Shown here: positions 34,848-43,503 of the stretch, in pieces
How positions within the stretch are numbered: position 1 is the stretch's first letter
How the letters are laid out: each line of letters starts with the position of its first letter
DNA from: Leptospiraceae bacterium
Lineage (GTDB): Bacteria; Spirochaetota; Leptospiria; Leptospirales; Leptospiraceae
Direction: 5' to 3'
Assembly (NCBI GenBank): GCA_035345895.1
Contig: DAORDI010000001.1
Coordinates: 1,726-64,092 of the forward strand
Length of the DNA: 62,367 nucleotides
Program-made: the position numbers and the translations under genes
The notes under the pieces: generated by a model
The model's database searches: none
Seen by the model: only the letters and a program-made list of their open reading frames with translations
What the model was told of the DNA's origin: nothing

Positions 34848-36638
34848 TCAGGCAGAAATGCCGTCTGTTTTTTTCATGAAAAATGCACCTCTGAGTCTGA
34901 ATATCCAGTATCCCGAAAAAAATACCATATAGAGCCAGGCAAAAAGGTTTCCAAACCGCACATAAAACGTGGGAGGTTCTCTCATTACAGGAACGCGTGC
35001 TGCATACGTTGCACTTGCTTCCTGAGCTGTATAGTTCTCATTTAATATACGTCCCATATGATCTACGAATACGGATGTACCTGAATTAGTCGAACGCACC
35101 ATCCATTTTCTGGCTTCAATGGAACGGATTCTAGCCAGATCCAGATGCTGAAATGTTTCAATGCTCAGTCCGTACCATTTGTCATTCGTGATATTGATGA
35201 TGAAATCAGGATTTCCTGCCGAATAAAATTTTCTGACAAACTCAGGAAGAATCACTTCGTAGCAGATCAGAGGAAGAAATTTTCCCTCCTCTGCAGTCTC
35301 TGACTTATAGTCCGCATAATAACTTCGAATGGCATTCATATTCATATAACTCGAATCCATCCATTTCAGATGCGACTTCTTCAGAACCTCAGGCTCTTTT
35401 GTGTTTTTGTAGTATGTAACGAGATTCTGTTCCTTGCCTTCCAGAAACCTTCCCACCTGAGGAATGATGTCATAGATGATCGGAAACCATTCTCCTCCCG
35501 GAAAGTATTCCCCGAAAGCAAGCAGATAGGATTTCCTATAGTGTTCTCCCCTTTCTCCGTTCGGTGAAAATACGACCGAATTGTTGTAGAATCTCTGATT
35601 TTTGGGAGATGCTTTATCATTTAAAAATATTGCATCAATCTCGTTAAAATACACGTTTGTCTTGTATCTGTTTGCCAGAAGATAGATCAGTGCTTCGTAC
35701 CTGTAATAGTAAGAAGGATTATAAAGAACATTAGCAGGTGTGTTGTGAGTGGAAAAGAAAGGAACTCCTGATTCAGGCATGACGATGATATCAGGTTTTT
35801 TTTCATCTGCGGCCTTCACTGCCAGATCTTCCACATTCTGCATAATTTCCGTCAGAGATTCCATTACAGATCTTCCATCCCTGAACTCCAGAGGAGCATT
35901 CGGCTGGATCATCAGTATCTGTTTTGTCTTCTCAGGAACATAGGAATTCCATTTGAAATACAGATAGGTTCCGATTAGAACAAAGAGCACAAGAACTGAG
36001 GATGGGAAAAGAAGCATTCTCTGAAAAGGCTTTTTCTTCAGAATCTTTTTACCGTGAAGGATTCCCGAAGCTGATCTGAAAAGAGCATAGGAAACAACAG
36101 CCACAAGAAAGCTCAGTCCATAAACACCGGTAATCTCTGCGTTCTGTGCCAGAACACTGTTCCAGGCCAGTATGTTTCCCAGATAATAAGGAAAAAGCTG
36201 ATAACTGAAAAACTCAGCACATAGAATGCTGAATCCTGCAATAAAAGCACCATAACCTTTAATTCGCATTTTCAGGCGGCTGTAAATCACCAGGTAAATT
36301 GCATATCTGGAATTTGTCACAAGTGCATAAAACAGAAACAGGAAAAAAGCAATCGGATAAGGAAACCCTCCGAAAACCTGCAGCAGATGAATCATCCAGT
36401 TATAGGAAAGGACTGTCGCACTCATTCCGATCATAAAACCGACGATAATCAGTTTTTTTAATGATTTTCTGTATTTTTTCTCCATCCAGAAAAGAGGGAA
36501 AGGTGCGAGCCAGATGAGATGAGTCAGATGGAAAGGAACAAATGCGAGACTTGCGATAATTCCGTACCATAGAATGCAGGCAAAATCAAACCATCTGGTT
36601 TTTCTGAATTTCTGAAATATCTGAACTGCTTTTTTCAA
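34848..36638 (-). CDS. lnt: Apolipoprotein N-acyltransferase
   Basis: 596 aa. N-terminal multi-TM domain plus C-terminal CN-hydrolase domain with Glu (IIVMPESG) and Cys (PLICYEVILPEF) catalytic motifs. TTG start 2 nt after the gpmI stop. Confidence 0.8.
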   Translation of the reverse strand: MKKAVQIFQKFRKTRWFDFACILWYGIIASLAFVPFHLTHLIWLAPFPLFWMEKKYRKSLKKLIIVGFMIGMSATVLSYNWMIHLLQVFGGFPYPIAFFLFLFYALVTNSRYAIYLVIYSRLKMRIKGYGAFIAGFSILCAEFFSYQLFPYYLGNILAWNSVLAQNAEITGVYGLSFLVAVVSYALFRSASGILHGKKILKKKPFQRMLLFPSSVLVLFVLIGTYLYFKWNSYVPEKTKQILMIQPNAPLEFRDGRSVMESLTEIMQNVEDLAVKAADEKKPDIIVMPESGVPFFSTHNTPANVLYNPSYYYRYEALIYLLANRYKTNVYFNEIDAIFLNDKASPKNQRFYNNSVVFSPNGERGEHYRKSYLLAFGEYFPGGEWFPIIYDIIPQVGRFLEGKEQNLVTYYKNTKEPEVLKKSHLKWMDSSYMNMNAIRSYYADYKSETAEEGKFLPLICYEVILPEFVRKFYSAGNPDFIINITNDKWYGLSIETFQHLDLARIRSIEARKWMVRSTNSGTSVFVDHMGRILNENYTAQEASATYAARVPVMREPPTFYVRFGNLFAWLYMVFFSGYWIFRLRGAFFMKKTDGISA

Positions 36639-36640
36639 GA

Positions 36641-38293
36641 TCAGCTTCCTTTTCTGACGAGAAGACTTTCCAGATAGTCCTCAGGTGCTTCATATCCCAA
36701 AATATCCAAAACGGTAGACGCTATATTCCCCAGTCCCGCACTTGCTGAATTTGTCTTCAGTGAAAACCTGTGCTTCGGATCGTAAAGACAGAGATTGACC
36801 GGATTCAGTGTATGACTTGTCTTTGGAACAGGCTTCCCGTTCTGCATCTGCACCCCGCCTTTTTTTTCGAGCTGATACATCTCGTCTGCATTTCCGTGAT
36901 CTGCAGTGACGAGCATCACTGCTCCGAGTCTGTCGGCGGCATCCTTGAGTCTTTTCATGCATTTGTCCAGTGTTTCCATTGCTCTGACTGTTGCATCAAA
37001 ACTGCCGGTATGACCGACCATATCTCCGTTTGCAAAATTGACTCTCAGGAATTTGTTTCTTCCGTCCAGTGCTGTCAGAAGCGTATCCGTAATTTCAGGA
37101 GCCTTCATATCCGGTTTCTGATCAAATGGAATGACATCGGAAGGAATCTCCACATAGGTCTCCGTACTTTTGTCAATATAACCGCTTCTGTTTCCGTTCC
37201 AGAAAAAAGTCACATGTCCGAATTTCTGAGTTTCTGAAATAGCATACTGTGTAATTTTTTCAGATGCCATATATTCTCCGAGTGTCCTGTCAATTGCAGG
37301 GGGAGATACAAGATATTTTTCAGGAAGTTTCAGATCGCCGTCATACTGCATCATTCCCGCATATCTGACGTCGGGCGTTCTCTTTCTGTCAAAAGGCTTG
37401 AAGTTCTTTTCAGTGAATGCCTTCGAGATTTCGATTGCCCTGTCTCCCCTGAAATTAAAGAATACGACTGAGTCGCCGTCATGGATTGTTCCGACAGGTT
37501 TTCCGCTTTCAGCGATCACAAATCCGGGAAGATACTGGTCTATGACTTTAGGATCTTCTTCCCGAAATGTCTGTATTGCTTCTTTAATGGAAGAAAATGC
37601 ACGTCCTTCTCCCAGCACATGAAACTTCCAGCCTCTTTCCACCATCGACCAGTCAGCATCGTATCTGTCCATAGTGACTGTCATTCTTCCGCCGCCGGAA
37701 GCAATCTTCACATCAAATTCACTGCTTCTCAGTTCTTTCAGAAAGGCTTCAAAAGGTTCAGTGTATTCCAGTGCGGATTTTTCAGGAACGTCGCGCCCGT
37801 CGAGAAGTGCGTGAACTCTGACCCTTTTGACTCCTGCTTTTTTTGCACCTGCGATCAGTGCCTTAAGATGATCTATATGACTGTGCACATTTCCGTCGGA
37901 GAGAAGACCGATCAGATGAAGAGTTCTGTCCGAACTTCCTTTCAGAGGTTCGAGAATCCAGTTCCAGGCAGCACCGGCAAACAGTTCTCCGGAGTTGATG
38001 GAATTCGATACCAGTTTTGCACCCTGATCAAACACTCTTCCGCATCCCAGAACATTATGACCGACCTCAGAGTTGCCCATATCATCGTCAGAAGGCATCC
38101 CCACTGCTTTTCCATGTGCCTGAATTCGGATTGTAGGCGAACCTGACCAAAGTCCTTTCAGAACAGGGATATTTGCCGCTGCAATTGCATTGCCTTCAGC
38201 AGCTCCTCTGTCTGTAGCTCCCACCCCGTCCAAAATGACGAGCAGAAGCGGTTCCTGTATTCCTGTAATATTTTTTTTCTTAATCAGTTTCAT
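36641..38293 (-). CDS. gpmI: 2,3-bisphosphoglycerate-independent phosphoglycerate mutase
   Basis: 550 aa. [44 protein letters not shown] motifs of iPGM. Confidence 0.9.
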   Translation of the reverse strand: MKLIKKKNITGIQEPLLLVILDGVGATDRGAAEGNAIAAANIPVLKGLWSGSPTIRIQAHGKAVGMPSDDDMGNSEVGHNVLGCGRVFDQGAKLVSNSINSGELFAGAAWNWILEPLKGSSDRTLHLIGLLSDGNVHSHIDHLKALIAGAKKAGVKRVRVHALLDGRDVPEKSALEYTEPFEAFLKELRSSEFDVKIASGGGRMTVTMDRYDADWSMVERGWKFHVLGEGRAFSSIKEAIQTFREEDPKVIDQYLPGFVIAESGKPVGTIHDGDSVVFFNFRGDRAIEISKAFTEKNFKPFDRKRTPDVRYAGMMQYDGDLKLPEKYLVSPPAIDRTLGEYMASEKITQYAISETQKFGHVTFFWNGNRSGYIDKSTETYVEIPSDVIPFDQKPDMKAPEITDTLLTALDGRNKFLRVNFANGDMVGHTGSFDATVRAMETLDKCMKRLKDAADRLGAVMLVTADHGNADEMYQLEKKGGVQMQNGKPVPKTSHTLNPVNLCLYDPKHRFSLKTNSASAGLGNIASTVLDILGYEAPEDYLESLLVRKGS

Positions 38294-38363
38294 AATTCCC
38301 TCATATTATTGCGTTATAAAACGATTTGAATTTTCTGCATTCAATTGTCGAATAGAAAAAGGA
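38282..38363. repeat. 82-bp direct repeat, copy R1 (gpmI start codon, RBS and leader)
   Basis: aatcagtttcataattccctcatattattgcgttataaaacgatttgaattttctgcattcaattgtcgaatagaaaaagga. About 94 percent identical to 41210..41291. Confidence 0.9.
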
Positions 38364-38424
38364 CTGTCATTTTCTGTCATAAATCGTCTTTCTTAAATTG
38401 GAAGAAATTCTGTTCCTATTAGAT

Positions 38425-38604
38425 TTGTTGAAAAAATCAAGAAATTATCTTTCATCAGAAACTAAATAGGGATTTTAGCCAGCTAGCGAAACCTCCGGCA
38501 GGATTAACTCAGCAGCGGCTCTCAAGTTTGTGCGCTTCAGCGTGCTGCAGGTTTTTTAGAAAAATTAAAAATAGAGTTGTTGAAACTAATTTTTCAACAA
38601 CTCT
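38425..38604 (+). mobile_element. MITE-like element, family B, copy B1
   Basis: About 180 bp, starts ttgttgaaaaaatcaagaaattatctttcatc and ends in tttttcaacaactct (11-bp terminal inverted repeat TTGTTGAAAAA/TTTTTCAACAA). Homologous to 48325..48532. Confidence 0.7.
38560..38604 (-). terminator. Terminator provided by the B1 terminal hairpin
   Basis: Perfect 13-bp stem agagttgttgaaa/tttcaacaactct (38573-38585 and 38592-38604), 6-nt loop. On the minus strand it is followed by atttttaattttt. Lies 46 nt downstream of the minus-strand stop at 38650. Confidence 0.65.
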
Positions 38605-38649
38605 ATTTTACATTTTCGGAAAATGCGGTTTTTATGGAGACTTTCTGCA

Positions 38650-40884
38650 TCAGTCTTCTATCCTTTTTATATTCATTTTAATGATATTTTCGATTCTGAG
38701 AAAATGATAACCCTTGGAAATCTTATAAGCGTACTCACATTCCCGTGAGACGCATCTGCGGGATTCCGGAGACAAATGAGTTCCGACATCACTGCCTGCC
38801 CCGTAAGAAAATAGAACTGAAGGAATCTCTTTCTCGTCTGCCGTAAAAGAAAAAATCATATCTGTCTTCACATACACTGCTGCTTCAATCCATGACTTTT
38901 TTTTCAGATATATCACTGCAGGCCATACAGAATTTCCCCAGTCAATATCCGGACCAATTGGAAAAATTCTTTCATCTGACGCCAGAATTTCGGCAATAGA
39001 TCCTGCTTCCGTAAACTGATTTTCATAAGGATTCTTTATCAATAATTTATACTTAAAAATTTCCTTCTCATGGAAAAATCCCCGGAAGGAAGGAATATTA
39101 AATTCAGTCACTGGAACTGTCATACATCCTGCAAGAAACGTTTCCATTAAAGAAAATTGATTTATGTACTCCGGGTAAAAGAAATAATTCTGTCTGTTTC
39201 TGCAAACCGAGGATTCGGAGATTTCAAGAACAGCGGACTGTGAATCAGATGCAGGAGAACGGAAAAGTTCAACCTGCAGTATTCTGAATTTTAACAAAGG
39301 AGCTCCCCATAGAATCAAAAAGAGAATGAGGGCAAATTTTCCCTTCTTCCAGCTTCCTGCTGAAGAGAAAATTCTTCCCGCAGCAAGGATAATTAGGGGA
39401 AAAGTATAATAAACTGATTTATTATAGTTATACTTGTGAATTTTGGATGACCAGACAAGTGCTCCGGCAAGGATCATTGTAAAAAGAAGGAAAAGAGATT
39501 CCTGATTAAAAAGAAGTCTGAGATTTTTCCGTTGCCGAAAAACAGCAGCCGCAGCAGTCAAAACAGCTCCAAAATAAAAAAAAGCTGTCCATGCAAAATT
39601 CTGCTCAATCTGACCCCGGAAAGGATCTCTGTAATAAAACATTCTGTGATTTGCTGTTCCGGTCAATGGAATGATAAGTTCACTTACGTTTTTTACTTCC
39701 GGTCCGAGCACCTCATTCCAGTAGGCGACTGACTCAGGACTGCCTGAATTGGATGAAGCCAGTTTCGAAGCCGAGCCTAAATTAGAAAAGAAGACAGGAA
39801 AGTAAATGAGAAATATTGCAGTCGAAGCAAGCAGTGCCTTGTATGAAACTTTGAGCCTGCGGATCAGATTTGGAAATACGGCCAAAATTGAAAGAATCGG
39901 AAAGATCCAGACTGCTGTTCCTAAAAAATAGAATGAGGGTCCGAAAAGAAATGAGGCAGTGCATTCCGTAAAAAAGAAATTGGAGGTCTTTGATCTTTTC
40001 CAATGCACCGCCGAACGAAATATCCATAACATAGCTGAAAGGGAAACAAGCTGCAGATAAAAATGATTGTACGCTGTTTTGGTCATCACTGGCGAAAGAA
40101 CTGAGAAGAATGCCAGCAAGTTTAAAATGAAACCTCTGAAGGGGGTGATCATAGAAAGGATTTCTCTAATCTGAAGACTGATAATGGAAGCAAGTGCAAG
40201 AAGTGTGGCGAAATAAAGAGTTTCTGCCTGTATGCAAATCAGTTTATGAATTGGGAAAAGTGACCAGTGCAGACTCCACCAGCCGGGGGAAAAGCCTTCC
40301 AATATGACCCTTTCCACCGGATCCAGATCCCATTTCGGTTTCTTTACTGATTCATCAAATTCCGTATTTTTAAAAAGATCAGGAAATTTTGCACTCATTC
40401 CAGTTTCATACAGTGCTCTGTGAACAGTCTGTTTCCATTTTGGAAATGATGCATTGGAATCAGGATTATTTTCCTGAAGTTTTATCGGAGCAAAATAAAT
40501 TGTATGATCCCCTGTTTCTTCCGAAGCAAGGAATTCATTTTTTAAGTGAAGAAAAGGAAGAAACATAATAAAAAAGCTTATTGTCAAAAAAGTCAATGGA
40601 AATATCTGCTTCTGAAAAGATATCCAGTTTTTCCAGATGAAGTAAATTCCATACAATGCACCTGAAACAAGAATGATGGAAACAGCTGCCTGCCCAGCCT
40701 TATGATGGAAGTACAGCTGGAAAACGGCACCAAGGGTATGCAGAGCCGAGAGACCGAAAAGTATCGGTATGGAAATGAAGCCGCTTTTTTTTTCTTTTTG
40801 AATTCTGCTCAGAATAAAGCTGCCTATTCCAAAGGAACAGAGAATAACTGCCCAAAAGGCAGAAAAGTATTTCAGCAGGACCAA
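38650..40884 (-). CDS. Large polytopic membrane protein, uncharacterised (possibly glycosyltransferase-39/ArnT-like fold)
   Basis: 744 aa, TTG start. More than 12 hydrophobic segments in the first roughly 560 aa, then a soluble C-terminal domain. No catalytic motif recognised. Confidence 0.55.
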   Translation of the reverse strand: MVLLKYFSAFWAVILCSFGIGSFILSRIQKEKKSGFISIPILFGLSALHTLGAVFQLYFHHKAGQAAVSIILVSGALYGIYFIWKNWISFQKQIFPLTFLTISFFIMFLPFLHLKNEFLASEETGDHTIYFAPIKLQENNPDSNASFPKWKQTVHRALYETGMSAKFPDLFKNTEFDESVKKPKWDLDPVERVILEGFSPGWWSLHWSLFPIHKLICIQAETLYFATLLALASIISLQIREILSMITPFRGFILNLLAFFSVLSPVMTKTAYNHFYLQLVSLSAMLWIFRSAVHWKRSKTSNFFFTECTASFLFGPSFYFLGTAVWIFPILSILAVFPNLIRRLKVSYKALLASTAIFLIYFPVFFSNLGSASKLASSNSGSPESVAYWNEVLGPEVKNVSELIIPLTGTANHRMFYYRDPFRGQIEQNFAWTAFFYFGAVLTAAAAVFRQRKNLRLLFNQESLFLLFTMILAGALVWSSKIHKYNYNKSVYYTFPLIILAAGRIFSSAGSWKKGKFALILFLILWGAPLLKFRILQVELFRSPASDSQSAVLEISESSVCRNRQNYFFYPEYINQFSLMETFLAGCMTVPVTEFNIPSFRGFFHEKEIFKYKLLIKNPYENQFTEAGSIAEILASDERIFPIGPDIDWGNSVWPAVIYLKKKSWIEAAVYVKTDMIFSFTADEKEIPSVLFSYGAGSDVGTHLSPESRRCVSRECEYAYKISKGYHFLRIENIIKMNIKRIED

Positions 40885-40945
40885 GATTCTGTTCCCGGGA
40901 AAAAAATTTGAAACCGCAGATATTTTATTCTAACCATATTTTTTT

Positions 40946-41215
40946 CTGAATGACTCACCTTACGCAGGTGGGGCGTTTAGGGCAGGAACGCCTGCCGGCG
41001 GCTTGAGGGCTCGCACATTTGGAAGCTGCTGCAAACTTAGAAGCCGCTGCCGCCCTCGCCAATCTCTGAAAACGGCGCCAACATTTAGAAGCTGGCTAAA
41101 CTCCCGCAAGCGCGGAAGCTGCCGTTTTTGCTGATCCATTAGATTTCCCTAATGTTTTCTGAAAATTACCGATTCTAGACAGCATATCGTATTTGCGCAA
41201 GGTGAGTCAATCAGT
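40946..41215 (-). mobile_element. MITE-like element, family A, copy A2 (inverted relative to A1)
   Basis: About 270 bp bounded by ctgaatgactcaccttacgca ... tgcgcaaggtgagtcaatcag. The 41080-41215 part is the reverse complement of the A1 left half at about 85-90 percent identity by eye. Confidence 0.7.
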
Positions 41216-41291
41216 CTCATCATTCCCTCATATTATTACGTTTTAAAACGATTTGAATTTTCAGCATTCAATTGTCGAATAGAAAAAGGAT
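41210..41291. repeat. 82-bp direct repeat, copy R2 (duplicate of gpmI leader/start)
   Basis: aatcagtctcatcattccctcatattattacgttttaaaacgatttgaattttcagcattcaattgtcgaatagaaaaagga. Abuts or overlaps the right end of A2. Confidence 0.9.
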
Positions 41292-41356
41292 TCTCTCTTA
41301 ACGAGACGTATTGCATACCTGCCTGAATCAGACTTCATATTTGAACACGACCGACG

Positions 41357-43225
41357 CTACTTACTCCCTATTATTTGAAACAGTGATACCGGCTTCGTCT
41401 TTCCTCTGACTGTAACTGAGTCAATTTCTTTCCATTGATACTTTGTACTGGATAAAAACTTCACTACATCATAAGACACAAGGATTTCTGCAGAGTACTG
41501 TTTGGTCAATGATTCAATTCGGCTTGCAAGGTTGACAGTGTCTCCGATCACAGTTGTTTCGAGTCTGTTTTCTGAACCTACAGTGCCGAGGATCAGTTCA
41601 CCGAAATGAATTCCTATTCCTGTCTTGAGTTCGGAACCGTCCGGAAGTTTCTGCTTTTTCGCAGCGGCCTGAAGATCTACTGCTGCCTGAACTGCTTTCT
41701 CAGGATCAGTGAAAAGAGCCATAATCGCATCTCCGATAAACTTGTCTATGAAGCCCCCTTTGGATTCAATGATCGGCTCCATAATTTCCAGGTACCTGTT
41801 CAAAAAAGCAAATGTTTCCTCTGTTCCTGCAGATTCGGAAAGTGAAGTAAATCCTCTGATATCAGTGAACAGCACTGCCATTTCGACAGACTTTGCATCC
41901 CCCTTCTTCACCTGCAGAATATTTTCCCTGTCCAGATTTTTCAGGAACTGTTCAGGCACAAACCTCTGCATTGATTTTGTATATGCTCTTTCCAGTTCCA
42001 ATGCTTCTCTTTCTTTTGCAAGTGCAGCCTCTCTTGCTTTTGCTTCTTTGATTCTCAAGTCATTGAATCTGTATCCAAGTGCAAGAGAAAGCAGGACTGC
42101 CTCGAGTGCAGCTCCGATGATCTGGCTGTAATGAGTGACTGCATTTGCAAGGATCAGACCGAGGTTTTCTGCAATGAACATACTCACGGACACCAGAAGA
42201 GTTCCCCAGGCTCCCGCAAAATAAAACGCCGGCTTGTATCCGGAACGTATACTGACATAAATTGCATAAACCAGAACGCTGATCGCAAACCCAGGGAAAA
42301 GGTTGCCGATAAAAATACCCTGATTGATTGTAACGAACCTTATAGGAATCAAAAGGAGCAGACCGAACATTACAATATAATGAATAAACTCAGTCAGCCT
42401 GGGTTTAATCTGCCGGATCTGCAGAAACTGATTTCCGAACAGAAGTGCAAATGCTGCTGTCAGAATGCTTGTAATCATCACAACGTATGAGATTCCGTTA
42501 TGGCATAAAGATCCGAACAGAAAACGGAAATAACCGTATACACTCAGATAAAATACAGTAAAAGTCAGTATATAAAAAACATACCAGAGATACGCCCGGT
42601 TTCGAATCGAAAGGAAAAGTAAAAAATTATACAATGCAAGAGAAATCATCAGCCCGAAAAAAAGACCGAAGAGAAGATGTCTGACTGTATCCATTTTCTG
42701 CAGCGCGGATTTTTCCCAGTAAAACAGAGGAACAGTCATTGAATCATTTGACTGTACAGCGATGAAAAACTGACAGGGTCCGTTCCAGGGTTTTACAGGG
42801 AACTGATAGTTGGGATGGAGGGGGAGTTTTTCATTCGGGATGTCCATTCCGGACTGATAAAACGAAATCTGCTTTCCGTCGCAGTACTGAAAAAAACGGA
42901 TCTTGGAAAGAAGAGGAGATGCCGCTTCAATTACAGATTCTGTATTGTCATTCAGATTCAGTTCCACTTTCAGCCAGAGTTCTCTATTCTGAATTCCAAA
43001 GTTGGGATAGTCAGTTCTGCTTTTTTGAAACTGAACCGTTTTTTCCGGTTTGAGAATTTCTTCAAGTGACTCTTCCCTGTCAGTAAACAGATACGAGGAA
43101 TGAGATCCAAGCTGTCTGTGACCGTGATGAAACCTTTGGTTCTCCGCGCCGTTTTCGGAATGTCCGCAGGATGAGAATAAAAGGACAGAGAAGATCATTA
43201 TAAGAGAAAGCATTTTTAGATTCAT
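41357..43225 (-). CDS. 7TM-DISM receptor - class III adenylate/guanylate cyclase
   Basis: 622 aa. Signal peptide, periplasmic domain, 7 TM. Cyclase motifs LFTDIRGFTSL, KFIGDAIMALF, GIHFGELILGTVG, IGDTVNLASRIES. Confidence 0.85.
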   Translation of the reverse strand: MNLKMLSLIMIFSVLLFSSCGHSENGAENQRFHHGHRQLGSHSSYLFTDREESLEEILKPEKTVQFQKSRTDYPNFGIQNRELWLKVELNLNDNTESVIEAASPLLSKIRFFQYCDGKQISFYQSGMDIPNEKLPLHPNYQFPVKPWNGPCQFFIAVQSNDSMTVPLFYWEKSALQKMDTVRHLLFGLFFGLMISLALYNFLLFLSIRNRAYLWYVFYILTFTVFYLSVYGYFRFLFGSLCHNGISYVVMITSILTAAFALLFGNQFLQIRQIKPRLTEFIHYIVMFGLLLLIPIRFVTINQGIFIGNLFPGFAISVLVYAIYVSIRSGYKPAFYFAGAWGTLLVSVSMFIAENLGLILANAVTHYSQIIGAALEAVLLSLALGYRFNDLRIKEAKAREAALAKEREALELERAYTKSMQRFVPEQFLKNLDRENILQVKKGDAKSVEMAVLFTDIRGFTSLSESAGTEETFAFLNRYLEIMEPIIESKGGFIDKFIGDAIMALFTDPEKAVQAAVDLQAAAKKQKLPDGSELKTGIGIHFGELILGTVGSENRLETTVIGDTVNLASRIESLTKQYSAEILVSYDVVKFLSSTKYQWKEIDSVTVRGKTKPVSLFQIIGSK

Positions 43226-43503
43226 ATATCTGTTCCCTTGTAAAGTCGTCTATCCTGTTTTCCCAAATACAGAACATCCTCTGATTCATCAAATATGCCC
43301 AAGAGCAAAAATCAGGCAAACATATTATTCGGATATGCCTTTTCACTGTTTTTCGAGGAATAGTTTTCCTCACGGTTCATTCTGAATAAAAAGCCATTCT
43401 TCTGCGCAGATGCGTCAAATTTATCTCAATCGAAACCAAAAAAAGGATTGCTTTAATCACTTGCATCTCTGAAAATTAGCCTTTAAAAATAGGAATACTG
43501 AGA

